Positions 7,998-18,459 of a stretch of 49,038 bases of DNA are shown here, piece after piece. Each line of letters opens with the position of its first letter. The first letter of the stretch is position 1. Source of the DNA: Prevotella sp. Lineage in GTDB: Bacteria > Bacteroidota > Bacteroidia > Bacteroidales > Bacteroidaceae. Made by a program: the position numbers and the translations under genes. Below the pieces are notes generated by a model that made no database searches, had not been told where the DNA came from, and was given only the letters and a program-made list of their open reading frames with translations. Where the stretch lies: contig JAEEPT010000001.1 of the NCBI GenBank assembly GCA_016284895.1, positions 1-49,038 on the forward strand, in the 5' to 3' direction.

Positions 7998-9332
7998 CTA
8001 TAGCAGTTCGGGCAACTGATAAAGACGGGTGCTGTTGCTACCCTTGATGAGAATGGTGTAGCCCTCAGGATGGTCAGCGGCTATAGCGGCCTTCACCTCA
8101 TCAACGTCTTTGAACTTCCGATAGGTGCAATCGGTAGAAGCAAACTCCTCGCCTACGAGCCATACTAGATCGATACCAGTCTGGCCAATGAGATTGGCAA
8201 GGCGCTGGTGCTCTTCTTCACTGGTTGCGCCCAGCTCGCGCATAGCCCCAAGAATGGCCATCTTGCGAGGAGACTCTACCAGTCGGAAGTTGTCGAGAGC
8301 GGCTTCCATACTCGACGGGTTGGCATTGTAAGCATCAACGATAAGACGGTTCCTTGATGTCTGAACCAGCTGCGAACGGTTGTTGGTAGGACAATAGTTC
8401 TCCAACGCATGATCTATCTGCTTACGGTCAACACCGAAGTTGATGCCTACTGCGATGGCTGCCAACAGATTGTCGAGATTGTAGGCGCCGATGAGCTGTG
8501 TCTGCACCTTGTGCCACTTCTGCGAGGCGCCCTGCTCCTCAAGCTCCATGAGAGGCCTGCGCCAACGGAACTTCAGCAGAGGATCGCAACTCACCACTTC
8601 ACCACTGATACAGCTATATTGCTTCTCGGGGTCAGTGCTATAAGGTGTTACCCAAAGTGGATCGTCGTCCTGAACCTGATCAACGAGATACTCATTGTCG
8701 GCATCGAGGAAGATGAGTCCGTCCTTGCGTGTACGTAGGAAATCGTAGAGCTCGCACTTGGTGCGAATCACCCCTTCGAACGAGCCGAAGCCCTGCAAAT
8801 GGGCGCGTCCCACATTAGTGATGAGTCCGCAGGTGGGTTCAGCCGTCTCTGCCAGCGTCTTGATATCGCCAGGATGACTGGCTCCCATCTCAATGATAGC
8901 TATCTCGTGGTCTTTGTTCAGGCGGAACAAGGTCTTGGGCACGCCCACGTCGTTGTTGAAGTTGCCCTCGGTAGCCAGCACATTGTACTTCTCTGCCAGC
9001 ACGGCCCGTACCAGTTCTTTGGTCGTGGTCTTACCGTTGGTACCGGTAATAGCGATGACAGGGATGTTGAACTGCCTGCGATGTTCGCGAGCCAGGTCTT
9101 TATAGGTCTGAAGACAATTTTCGACCAAGATATAACGCGAATCCACTGCCACTTCCTTCTCATCTACGATGGCATAGGCGCAGCCTTTCTCCAAAGCCTG
9201 GGAAGCAAACTTGTTACCATCGAACGAGCCACCTTTCAGTGCGAGAAAGATACTGCCTTGCGGACAGTCGCGGCTATCGGTCGTGATGCAGGGATGCTGC
9301 TGATAGAGCTGATAGAGTTGTTTAATGTCCAT
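7998..9332 (-). CDS. murF: UDP-N-acetylmuramoyl-tripeptide--D-Ala-D-Ala ligase
   Basis: [46 protein letters not shown] motifs. Confidence 0.97.
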   Translation of the reverse strand: MDIKQLYQLYQQHPCITTDSRDCPQGSIFLALKGGSFDGNKFASQALEKGCAYAIVDEKEVAVDSRYILVENCLQTYKDLAREHRRQFNIPVIAITGTNGKTTTKELVRAVLAEKYNVLATEGNFNNDVGVPKTLFRLNKDHEIAIIEMGASHPGDIKTLAETAEPTCGLITNVGRAHLQGFGSFEGVIRTKCELYDFLRTRKDGLIFLDADNEYLVDQVQDDDPLWVTPYSTDPEKQYSCISGEVVSCDPLLKFRWRRPLMELEEQGASQKWHKVQTQLIGAYNLDNLLAAIAVGINFGVDRKQIDHALENYCPTNNRSQLVQTSRNRLIVDAYNANPSSMEAALDNFRLVESPRKMAILGAMRELGATSEEEHQRLANLIGQTGIDLVWLVGEEFASTDCTYRKFKDVDEVKAAIAADHPEGYTILIKGSNSTRLYQLPELL

Positions 9333-9349
9333 AACGATGAACTGTGAAC

Positions 9350-10678
9350 TTATACAAAGCTGATGACTCCCTGCACATCCTGTGGCTGACTGTCGGCTGC
9401 CTTGCTCGTGTCCTGCACCTGCACAGGCTGTCCGATACTTTCGAGAATCTCGCGCGTACGTTTATAAGTAGGTGTCTGTTCTACAGCTGAGATGATGTCG
9501 TCATTGTCCAAGTCTTCCGGACGGAAGATGTAGATGTTAGGACGACGCTTATAGCGCTTGCTCGTCTCAGAGTCGCCATAGAACTGTCCGCGGCGCTCTT
9601 CACGCTTGGCAGCTTTCTCCTGCTCCTCAGCCAGCTTGTTGGCATCCTCGCGCGACAGCTTGGTAAGGCGTTCCTGCATACCATCGACATCACTCATGCC
9701 GAAGCCTGTTGCCAGAATGGTGACCTTCACCTTCTTGCCCAGTTCAGAGTCATTGGCCACACCCCACTTGATCTCGAAGTCGCCGAACTTGGCAAGGAAC
9801 TCATGCACGTAGTTTATTTCGTCCATCATGAAGTTGTCCTTCGAGTCTTTCTGGTCGCAGAATGAGATGTTGAGAAGAATCTTCTTTGAATTAAAGATGT
9901 CGTTGTTATTGAGCAGCGGTGAGTTGAGAGCATCGTCAATAGCCTTCTTCACGCGTTCCTCACCTTCACCGTAACCTGTCGACATGATGGCAACGCCACC
10001 ATTCTCGAGCACCGTCTTCACATCGTTGAAGTCGAGGTTGATGATACCATGAACTGTGATAATCTCGGCAATCGACTTAGCAGCAATCGACAGCGTGTCG
10101 TCGGCCTTACCGAAAGCTGCCATGAACGACAGGTCAGGATAGATGCTACGCAGACGCTCGTTGTTGATGACGAGCAACGCATCGACATGCTTCGACATTT
10201 CCTCTACGCCATCGAGTGCCTGGTCGATTTTGCGGTTTCCTTCAAAGCGGAAGGGGATGGTGATGATACCTACGGTGAGGATGCCCATCTCCTTACTGAC
10301 CTGGGCAATGACAGGAGCAGCACCTGTACCTGTACCGCCACCCATGCCGGCAGTGATGAAGGCCATGCGCGTGCCGTCGCTCAACATGCGCTTGATATCC
10401 TCAATGCTCTCCTCGGCAGCAGCCTTAGCTTTAGCCGGACGGTTGCCTGCACCAAGTCCCTCATGACCCAGTTGCAGTTTGACCGGCACAGGTGAGTCAT
10501 TGAGTGCCTGGTTATCTGTGTTACAAACGACGAAGGTCACATCGTGAATGCCTTCGCGATACATGTGGTTCACTGCATTGCCGCCACCGCCGCCTACACC
10601 GATGACTTTGATGATGCTATGCTTCTCCTCGGGAATTCCGAAATCGAGGATATCGTTGTTGAGATTGTTGTCTGCCAT
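9350..10678 (-). CDS. ftsZ: Cell division protein FtsZ
   Basis: GVGGGGGNAV, GMGGGTGTG tubulin signature, INLDFNDV. Confidence 0.99.
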   Translation of the reverse strand: MADNNLNNDILDFGIPEEKHSIIKVIGVGGGGGNAVNHMYREGIHDVTFVVCNTDNQALNDSPVPVKLQLGHEGLGAGNRPAKAKAAAEESIEDIKRMLSDGTRMAFITAGMGGGTGTGAAPVIAQVSKEMGILTVGIITIPFRFEGNRKIDQALDGVEEMSKHVDALLVINNERLRSIYPDLSFMAAFGKADDTLSIAAKSIAEIITVHGIINLDFNDVKTVLENGGVAIMSTGYGEGEERVKKAIDDALNSPLLNNNDIFNSKKILLNISFCDQKDSKDNFMMDEINYVHEFLAKFGDFEIKWGVANDSELGKKVKVTILATGFGMSDVDGMQERLTKLSREDANKLAEEQEKAAKREERRGQFYGDSETSKRYKRRPNIYIFRPEDLDNDDIISAVEQTPTYKRTREILESIGQPVQVQDTSKAADSQPQDVQGVISFV

Positions 10679-10711
10679 ATTGCTTTTACTGTTTTTAAAA
10701 TTGTATTTGGA

Positions 10712-10765
10712 GAATTAAGTCCCATAAGCCTCATGAGCCCCATAAGACTTATAAGTCCTATAAGC
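10712..10765. repeat. 9-bp tandem repeat (CYYATRAGN x5-6) in the ftsA-ftsZ spacer
   Basis: CCCATAAGC CTCATGAGC CCCATAAGA CTTATAAGT CCTATAAGC. Confidence 0.85.
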
Positions 10766-12226
10766 TCACTCGTCACTTACCATATCCTCGCCAAACTTCG
10801 TAATCTTCTTTCTCAGTTTGTTGAACCAGCTGTTTTCCTTGCGGATACGCTCTTCCTCTTCCTTGCGTTTGAGCTCTTCTTCTTTACGACGCTCCTCTTC
10901 TTCACGACGTTTACGTTCTTCTTCCTCACGCTTACGACGAGCCTTTTCCTCAGCTTCGCGCTCTTCCTGCTCAGTGATGATGACACCTGGACGGGGTGAA
11001 CGGTCGTTCTGATTATTGCCACCAGCAGCATTATCGTTTTCTTCATTTTCGAAGAGATTGCCAGTGGGATCGAACTCGTTGCCAGCGCAGTTGATGTAGC
11101 CTTTTGCCAACAGGCCCAAAGCGGTGTTCATGGTGCCGTCGTGCGACTTGATAATATCGTGCACAGAGTTGATGGTCATCGTGACGAACTTGGCTGTGCG
11201 TATCTTTTCAATACGTGTATGGATAGCAAAGGCCTGTTCAATGTTCTTCATGTTCGAACCACCACCAGTAAGAATGATACCACCAAGAAGTTTGTCGTAG
11301 TATTCATTTGGAATCTGTTCACGAACATTGAGAACAATCTCCTCCAATCTGCCTTCCACGATATCGATGAACTTGCGGCTCTCTACCTGACGTTCCTGAT
11401 CGATACTGTACTTCAGCGAATCGTCGATCTCACTGTTATCGGTATAGGCCGAAGCATACTTCAACTTCATCTTCTCGGCCTCGCTCTCCTCCATCTGGAG
11501 AGAGGCAATGTCTTTGGTGATATTGTTTGAACCAAGGGGTATGACGGCCAGATGGCGCAGTACATTCTTTGAAAACACACTGACCGTAGTTGTATCAGCG
11601 CCAATGTCAACGAGTGCGCAACCAGAGCGTTTCTCAACCTCGGTCAACACTGAGTTGGCCAAAGCGAGCGGAGCAAGATACATCTCAACCACCTTGATGC
11701 CCGCTACCTCAAAGCAGCGGTTCAGGTTCTGGAAGAACGACTTACGCTCCAGGATGTTAAGATAGTTGCCCTCTAAACGTGAGGCACGAATGCCCACAGG
11801 ATCGAGTTGCAGCTGCGTATCAACCTTGTATTCCTGTTCGGCCACGTCAAGGAGTTTCTGATCGGGATAGTCTAACGTACGATTGGCTTCCATCAGCTCA
11901 ATGACCATCTCCTGTGTGATAATGGTATCGGCAGGCAGTTCACGGGTTACCACATTGCGCACTCCTCGGATGGACTGTCCACCCACGCCAACAAACACCT
12001 GCTTGATTCGGGTCTTAAGCTGTCCTTCCAACTTCTTCACAATGTTAGTCAGACATTGTGCAGTCTTGTCAATGTTATAAACCACGCCCTTCCTCATAAA
12101 CGAAGAAGAGTCTTCCTTTGCCAGCGCCAACACGCTGATGCTACCATCGGGCTTCTTCTGTCCTGCGATGCCCGTCACCTTCGATGAACCGAGCTCAATA
12201 GCTACAATGAATTCTTTTTCTACCAT
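10766..12226 (-). CDS. ftsA: Cell division protein FtsA
   Basis: IELGSSKV, VDIGADTT, ILTGGGS actin-like motifs; C-terminal amphipathic helix. Confidence 0.97.
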   Translation of the reverse strand: MVEKEFIVAIELGSSKVTGIAGQKKPDGSISVLALAKEDSSSFMRKGVVYNIDKTAQCLTNIVKKLEGQLKTRIKQVFVGVGGQSIRGVRNVVTRELPADTIITQEMVIELMEANRTLDYPDQKLLDVAEQEYKVDTQLQLDPVGIRASRLEGNYLNILERKSFFQNLNRCFEVAGIKVVEMYLAPLALANSVLTEVEKRSGCALVDIGADTTTVSVFSKNVLRHLAVIPLGSNNITKDIASLQMEESEAEKMKLKYASAYTDNSEIDDSLKYSIDQERQVESRKFIDIVEGRLEEIVLNVREQIPNEYYDKLLGGIILTGGGSNMKNIEQAFAIHTRIEKIRTAKFVTMTINSVHDIIKSHDGTMNTALGLLAKGYINCAGNEFDPTGNLFENEENDNAAGGNNQNDRSPRPGVIITEQEEREAEEKARRKREEEERKRREEEERRKEEELKRKEEEERIRKENSWFNKLRKKITKFGEDMVSDE

Positions 12227-12278
12227 ACCACTTGTATTATTGTCTTATTTATTCTTCATTCTTCGCAATATTTCTTTT

Positions 12279-13031
12279 TTATGACCGGTGCTTAGGACGA
12301 CGCTTGCAGATAATCTGGTTATCGAACTCAACACTGATGCGCGAATAGCGGTTCCACCCTGTCTGACTCAGTCCGTAGGTGTAGAACTTCTGCAGACGAT
12401 CAAGCTTTTTGGCTATGCCCCTGCCCTGCCCTAAGTAGATAATATGACTACCCACCCGAGGAATAAGTTCGATAGAACGGTCATTGAGCACATTGAGCTG
12501 CACTATCTGGTTCCGCCAGAAGGGGTCACTCATAATCTGGCGCACAACGGGAGCCAGCACCTTCGAGGCATAAGGCTTGCTGATGTTACCTGTTGCCACC
12601 AACAGGTTGCACGTGTAGTTGTTGTGCTGCATCACCTCATTATGGTTGTCAACATAATAATCGTCGCCATTCTGCGCTATCACCCGTACTACAGGTACAC
12701 GCTGTACTATATCGATACACAACAGACCACCCACCGACTTGAAACACTCAGCATTATCAATCAAGTCGTTGCCCTCCAGAATCTCCTCAATCTGACGTGT
12801 GTTGATAGATTTCATGGGCTTAGACAATAGCGACACCCTTGCCTCATGCAACATGTTGGTCACATCGGCTTCGGTCAGGAAGCCTTCGGCAGACTCCTCC
12901 TGAATATTGATCTTAACGTCAGTACATACATTGTACTTCTCGTCAGGATGATTAAAAGCTGTCATGGCCAGCACAATGTATATGCCAAACACAACGTCAA
13001 GGGCGATAAGTAAAATCTTCTTCCAGTCCAT
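12279..13031 (-). CDS. ftsQ: Cell division protein FtsQ
   Basis: Single N-terminal TM helix, POTRA-like region, ELIPRVG..NQIIC pattern; between murC and ftsA. Confidence 0.9.
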   Translation of the reverse strand: MDWKKILLIALDVVFGIYIVLAMTAFNHPDEKYNVCTDVKINIQEESAEGFLTEADVTNMLHEARVSLLSKPMKSINTRQIEEILEGNDLIDNAECFKSVGGLLCIDIVQRVPVVRVIAQNGDDYYVDNHNEVMQHNNYTCNLLVATGNISKPYASKVLAPVVRQIMSDPFWRNQIVQLNVLNDRSIELIPRVGSHIIYLGQGRGIAKKLDRLQKFYTYGLSQTGWNRYSRISVEFDNQIICKRRPKHRS

Positions 13032-13077
13032 AGAGTGAGGATAATGAGGAATTCTATTATTTGAATTTGTAATAATC

Positions 13078-14454
13078 TTACAGACGAGCTTTCAATATCT
13101 TAGTTATCTGCGGTACCTGATTGTCCAGGTCACCTGCTCCCAACACAACGAGCACATCGAAGTCGCGGCTCTTCACCAGATTAAGCACATCGTCTTTCTG
13201 TACCATCTGTTTCTTGACTCCAGGCTTCAGGTTGTCGTAAATCAACTGGGAGGTAACCCCTTCAATGGGCAATTCGCGAGCAGGATAGATTTCAGTCAGA
13301 ATGACCTCGTCAAGCTGGCTGAGCGCATCAGCAAATTCATGATAGAAGTCGCGTGTACGTGTATAGAGATGTGGTTGGAAAATGGCAGTGATACGGCGAT
13401 CTTTGTAAAGTTCGCGTATGCTCTTGGCACTCTGATAGATTTCTTTCGGATGGTGCGCATAGTCGCTTAGGAAGACTAACTTGTTCGTCTTAATCTTGAA
13501 GTCAAATCGACGATCAACACCTCCATACGTCTTCATGCCATAGCGAAGCTCGTCAGCAGTACAACCTGCCAACTGTGCCAAGGCCATGGCGGCTATTCCA
13601 TTGTCGATATTGATAGGAATGGGTTGTCCCAGTTCCACATCCTTCACGCACTCAATTGGTGAGACGAAGTCGAATGTGATGCCTCCGTCTTGAATACGGA
13701 TGTTCTCAGCATGGAAGTCGCCTGACTCACGACTATAATCGTAACGGCGCACACCTGGGCGAAGGCGTTCCTTCATCTCTAAGCCGCGATGGACGATAAG
13801 AGCACCGCCTGGCTGAATAAGCTCAGAATAGTGACTAAAGCTATCCAGATAGGCTTCTTTCGTGCCATAAATATCCAGATGGTCGGGGTCAGTTGAGGTA
13901 ATGACCGACATCCAAGGGGAAAGCCAATGGAAAGAGCGGTCAAACTCATCGGCCTCAATCACCACATAGTCTGACTGACTGAGAATATAGTTGGTGCCAT
14001 AGTTCTTCGAGATGCCACCGAGGAAAGCATTACAATCGAGATGACTCTGGTGCATAATGTGAGCACACATGGTCGATGTGGTGGTCTTACCGTGTGTACC
14101 AGCCACACAGAGACCTTTCATCTCATGGGTGAGTGTACCAAGCACCTGTGCACGCTTGTGTATCTCGAAACCGTTTTCACGGAAATACCGCAACTCTTTG
14201 TGGTCTTCCGGAATGGCAGGTGTATAAACGACAAGGCACGATTCCTTTCGCTTGCAGGCATGGGGTATCTCAGCCAGATTCTCCTCATAGTGAATCAGCA
14301 TTCCCTCCTTCTCCAATCGACGGGTCAGTTCACTGGGAGTCTTGTCATAGCCTGCCACTACTAGTCCACGACGCAGGAAATAGCGGGCAACAGCACTCAT
14401 ACCAATGCCTCCGGCACCAATGAAATAAACAGCTTGCATTTGTTTTGCTTCCAT
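13078..14454 (-). CDS. murC: UDP-N-acetylmuramate--L-alanine ligase
   Basis: GAGGIGMSA, AGTHGKTTT, EADEFDRSF, DYAHHPKE, FQPHLYTRT. Confidence 0.98.
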   Translation of the reverse strand: MEAKQMQAVYFIGAGGIGMSAVARYFLRRGLVVAGYDKTPSELTRRLEKEGMLIHYEENLAEIPHACKRKESCLVVYTPAIPEDHKELRYFRENGFEIHKRAQVLGTLTHEMKGLCVAGTHGKTTTSTMCAHIMHQSHLDCNAFLGGISKNYGTNYILSQSDYVVIEADEFDRSFHWLSPWMSVITSTDPDHLDIYGTKEAYLDSFSHYSELIQPGGALIVHRGLEMKERLRPGVRRYDYSRESGDFHAENIRIQDGGITFDFVSPIECVKDVELGQPIPINIDNGIAAMALAQLAGCTADELRYGMKTYGGVDRRFDFKIKTNKLVFLSDYAHHPKEIYQSAKSIRELYKDRRITAIFQPHLYTRTRDFYHEFADALSQLDEVILTEIYPARELPIEGVTSQLIYDNLKPGVKKQMVQKDDVLNLVKSRDFDVLVVLGAGDLDNQVPQITKILKARL

Positions 14455-14476
14455 CTTCTTTCGTTTTTATGATTGA

Positions 14477-15613
14477 CTATTTTCCTTCTGCCAACTTAAT
14501 GACTTCTTTTGCAATAATTGTAGCCGAATCGGGCAACGCCATGTTCTTGACGTTCCTGCTGAGCTGACTCAACTTGGCATCATCGCGTACCGACTCGATA
14601 GCAAGATTCACCAACTTCATAGGAGCATCCTGATCGCTTACGAAAAGTGCTGCTTCACGATTGACCAAAGCCATGGCATTCTTCGTCTGATGATCTTCTG
14701 CCACATTAGGACTTGGAACCAAAATAACTGGTTTTCCAATTAGGCAAAACTCCGAGATGCTACTGGCACCAGCACGACTCACAACAAGATCAGCAGCTTT
14801 ATAGGCTGCACCCATGTCGGAAATGAAGTCAACCACCTTTAGGTTGGCAGGTTGGCCTTTAGTCTGCAGTTGCTCTGCAATATGCTGACTGTAGAACTTG
14901 CCAGTCTGCCAAATGAACTGAACACCAGAGTTGGCTATTTCGTCAAGATGGCCCAACATACTCTCATTAATGGTTCGTGCGCCCAAACTTCCTCCAACAA
15001 GCAAGATAGTCTTCAATGAAGGATTCAATCCGAATGAACTCAGAGCCTCATCTTTCGATACTTTTGTGTCGAGCAGAGCCTGACGGACAGGATTGCCTGT
15101 AAGCATGATCTTTTCAGCAGGGAAGAAGCGCTCCATGCCCTCGTAGGCCACGCAAATCCTGCTTGCATTCTTGCCGAGTATCTTATTGGCTTTGCCTGCA
15201 AAGGAGTTCTGCTCCTGAATGAGACAAGGAATATGCATTTTTACTGCAGCGGCCAATGTGGGATAGCTGGCATAGCCGCCAACGCCCACAGCCACCTGAG
15301 GCTTGAACTCACGCAGAATGCGCTTCACCATGCAATCGCTCTTCCACATTTTATAAGGCAACGTGAAGTTCTTCCACAACTGACTGCGATTGAAGCCACA
15401 GATGGGCAGACCCTTGATTTCATAGCCTGCAGCAGGAACGCGCTGCATTTCCATGCGCCCCTCAGCACCAACAAACAGAATCTGGGCATCAGGCACCAAC
15501 TCACGAATGGCATTGGCTATTGATACGGCTGGGAAGATGTGACCACCAGTACCACCGCCACTAATTACGACTCTCAGTTCTGCTGATATTCTGTCAGATC
15601 TTTCTTGTTTCAT
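14477..15613 (-). CDS. murG: Lipid II GlcNAc transferase
   Basis: GGGTGGHIFPA, EQNS, GNPVR, GGSLGA, SRAGASS. Confidence 0.98.
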   Translation of the reverse strand: MKQERSDRISAELRVVISGGGTGGHIFPAVSIANAIRELVPDAQILFVGAEGRMEMQRVPAAGYEIKGLPICGFNRSQLWKNFTLPYKMWKSDCMVKRILREFKPQVAVGVGGYASYPTLAAAVKMHIPCLIQEQNSFAGKANKILGKNASRICVAYEGMERFFPAEKIMLTGNPVRQALLDTKVSKDEALSSFGLNPSLKTILLVGGSLGARTINESMLGHLDEIANSGVQFIWQTGKFYSQHIAEQLQTKGQPANLKVVDFISDMGAAYKAADLVVSRAGASSISEFCLIGKPVILVPSPNVAEDHQTKNAMALVNREAALFVSDQDAPMKLVNLAIESVRDDAKLSQLSRNVKNMALPDSATIIAKEVIKLAEGK

Positions 15614-15711
15614 TCCGTCATTATCTTTAGTTTAACTCTTTTTGTTACCAACGGCAGTTATCATATTGATACCATCTTAGCTCTGATTATTTTCTTCATG
15701 AGATTCAAGAC

Positions 15712-16989
15712 TTAATCATCGTCTCCTGCTTGAACGGCAGAAATAGACGCTTTAGCCTGATCTGAACGCCGGGCCGACCTACTTACGCTGAGGATTACAC
15801 CTATATAAGCACAGTTGATGATGGTGGACGTTCCACCCTTCGAGATAAGGGGTAACGGCTGTCCGGTAACTGGCATCAGCCCAACAGCCACCATCATATT
15901 GATACATGCCTGTATAACCAGTAGCAAAGCCAATCCTAAGACCAGGAAAGCTGGGAAGTTGTTCTCACAATGCCCTGCAATTCGAGCTGCTCGATAAAGC
16001 AGAATTGTATAGAGGAATACCACAACGATAGCGCCCAGAATGCCCATCTCTTCGATGATGATGGCATAGATAAAGTCACTGAATGCCTGTGGCAGGTAGT
16101 CGCGTTCAGTAGAGTTGCCCGGTCCCTTGCCTATGATGCCCGATGACGCTATGGCAATGTTAGCATGACCCACCTGGAAATTCTTATCAATATCGTACTC
16201 CTCAGCTGGTATATCATCTCCACCAGAGTGGTTTAGAATACGATTACGCCATGTAGCAAAACGGTGGAAGATGCCACCTCCCTTGATCTCGTCCTTATTG
16301 CCATGGGAGGCTGCTGCAGTCGGTGGATTCTTCTCGTCATCGACTTTTTCAATACTACCCAGCGTAAGTACCAATGTGAGAAAGACAGCAACCAACAGTA
16401 CTCCGGCTCCCATCAGCTTTCCCAATTGGAGTATAGGTACACGACCAATGAACATCATCAAGAAAATGACCATGAATAGCAAACATGCCGTAGAGAGATT
16501 CTCAATGCCAATAAGGAACACGGCAGGCATCACAATGAACAGTACATATTTCATCGCCTTATCATCGGCACCTTTTCCATCGGTGCGCTGCATGGCACTC
16601 AATATCTGTGCTGTAGCCAGTACCATAGTACCTTTGGCTATCTCAGAAGGTTGGAAGGTGAAGCCCGCCAGACGTATCACACGGTTGGCACCATTGATGC
16701 TCTCACCACCAACAAGCACCCAAAGCAATGTGGCAAAAGTGATAAACAGCATGAGCGGCGTGACAATCTTAAAGTATCGGCACGGGATATTCAGAATCAC
16801 TATGGCTACAAATAATCCAAAGATAATCATGCCCGAGTGATAGAGTAATGGTCCAAGGAAGTTCTGCGACTTATAAGTCAGCGTACTTGAAGCCGAGAAT
16901 ACCTCGATGACGCTAATCAAGCAAAGGAACAGGAATACCATCCAGATGCCTTTGTCACCTTTAAAAAGATTGCCTATTTTTCTGTTCAT
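15712..16989 (-). CDS. ftsW: SEDS peptidoglycan polymerase FtsW
   Basis: FQPSEIAK, LPQAFSDFIY, TGQPLPLISKGGTS; start set at ATG 16989 because the longer ORF reads through a 9-bp repeat. Confidence 0.95.
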   Translation of the reverse strand: MNRKIGNLFKGDKGIWMVFLFLCLISVIEVFSASSTLTYKSQNFLGPLLYHSGMIIFGLFVAIVILNIPCRYFKIVTPLMLFITFATLLWVLVGGESINGANRVIRLAGFTFQPSEIAKGTMVLATAQILSAMQRTDGKGADDKAMKYVLFIVMPAVFLIGIENLSTACLLFMVIFLMMFIGRVPILQLGKLMGAGVLLVAVFLTLVLTLGSIEKVDDEKNPPTAAASHGNKDEIKGGGIFHRFATWRNRILNHSGGDDIPAEEYDIDKNFQVGHANIAIASSGIIGKGPGNSTERDYLPQAFSDFIYAIIIEEMGILGAIVVVFLYTILLYRAARIAGHCENNFPAFLVLGLALLLVIQACINMMVAVGLMPVTGQPLPLISKGGTSTIINCAYIGVILSVSRSARRSDQAKASISAVQAGDDD

Positions 16990-17011
16990 TGACTTTTTCT
17001 TGTTTTTAAGG

Positions 17012-17047
17012 CTTATAAGTCTCATAGGTCTTATAAGACCCATAAGT
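17012..17047. repeat. 9-bp tandem repeat (same family as 10712-10765) in the murD-ftsW spacer
   Basis: CTTATAAGT CTCATAGGT CTTATAAGA CCCATAAGT. Confidence 0.85.
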
Positions 17048-17063
17048 GCCTATGCCTATCATC

Positions 17064-18398
17064 CTACAGATTCCTTACCAGCTCCTTAAACTGCTCACCG
17101 CGGTCTTCCATGTTCTTGAAAAGATCGAACGAGGCGCAACAGGGACTCAGTAGTACGGTCTCACCCGGTTTTGCCAGTTCGTAGCAAGCATCCACGCACT
17201 CTTTCATGGAGTGGGTGTCACGCACAGGAATGCCCAAAGCATCAAAGTTGTCGTGCAACTTCTGATTATCAGCGCCAAGATAGACCAGTGCTGAACACTT
17301 TTCCTTAATCAGTGGCTTGATGGGCTCATAGTCATTGCCCTTATCCTTACCGCCAACGATGAGCACCACACGGGTCTTCATTGAGTCGAGAGCATACCAG
17401 CAAGCATCAACATTAGTGGCCTTTGAGTCGTTCACATATTGCACGCCACGCACAGTGGTCACCTTTTCCAACCGATGCTCCACACCAGGGAAATCGCTCA
17501 GTGAGCGACGAATCACTTCTTTCTTAATACCTGCCACATTGCTGGCAATACCTGCAGCCAGCGAGTTATAAATATTGTGGCGACCAGTAAGGCTCAACTG
17601 TTCTTGTTCCATGTTGAACGGCATGGGCTTTTCAATGACATACTGTCCCTGTTCTATATAGCCAATGCTTCCCTTTTCCTTCAGTTCTGAGAAGGGATAC
17701 TGAATAGCCTTGATGTCATATTTCTCCAATTCGCGCTTGATGACAGGATCGTCATTCCAGTAAATGAAGGCATCATCATTGGTCTGATTCTGCAGGATAC
17801 GCATCTTGGCATCAACATAGTTCTGCATTTCAAAGTTGTAGCGATCCAAGTGGTCGGGCGTGATATTGAGCAGAATAGCAATATTTGCACGGAAGTCATA
17901 CATATTGTCAAGTTGGAACGAACTTAGCTCAATGATATAATAGGCATGCGGATCCTCAGCCACCTGCAGAGCCAGTGAGTTGCCGATGTTTCCTGCCAAT
18001 CCGCAATCATAACCAGCCTCACGAAAGATGTGATAAATCAGCGAAGTGGTTGTTGTCTTACCGTTCGAGCCAGTAATACAAATCATCTTCGAAGTCGTGT
18101 AACGTCCAGCAAACTCTATCTCACTGATGATATGAATGCCTTTCTTAATGGCTTTCTGCACCATAGGAGCAGCATCAGGAATACCAGGACTTTTTACAAT
18201 CTCGTCGGCATTCAGAATCAGTTCCTCAGTGTGTTTTCCTTCCTCCCAGGCTATCTGGCGCTGGTTGAGCATATCCTTATAACGCGGTGCAATCGCCGAC
18301 ATGTCCGAAACGAACACATCAAATCCTTCTTTCTTTGCCAGAACAGCAGCACCAGCTCCGCTCTCTCCAGCCCCCAAGATTACTATTCTCTTCTTCAT
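17064..18398 (-). CDS. murD: UDP-N-acetylmuramoyl-L-Ala--D-Glu ligase
   Basis: ITGSNGKTTT, ELSSFQL, NDSKATN, LLSPCCASFD. Confidence 0.98.
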   Translation of the reverse strand: MKKRIVILGAGESGAGAAVLAKKEGFDVFVSDMSAIAPRYKDMLNQRQIAWEEGKHTEELILNADEIVKSPGIPDAAPMVQKAIKKGIHIISEIEFAGRYTTSKMICITGSNGKTTTTSLIYHIFREAGYDCGLAGNIGNSLALQVAEDPHAYYIIELSSFQLDNMYDFRANIAILLNITPDHLDRYNFEMQNYVDAKMRILQNQTNDDAFIYWNDDPVIKRELEKYDIKAIQYPFSELKEKGSIGYIEQGQYVIEKPMPFNMEQEQLSLTGRHNIYNSLAAGIASNVAGIKKEVIRRSLSDFPGVEHRLEKVTTVRGVQYVNDSKATNVDACWYALDSMKTRVVLIVGGKDKGNDYEPIKPLIKEKCSALVYLGADNQKLHDNFDALGIPVRDTHSMKECVDACYELAKPGETVLLSPCCASFDLFKNMEDRGEQFKELVRNL

Positions 18399-18459
18399 CT
18401 TTGTTCTTCTCTGACTTTGCTTATGTCTCCCTCTTCAAGGATAGACGTTGTTTTTACTG

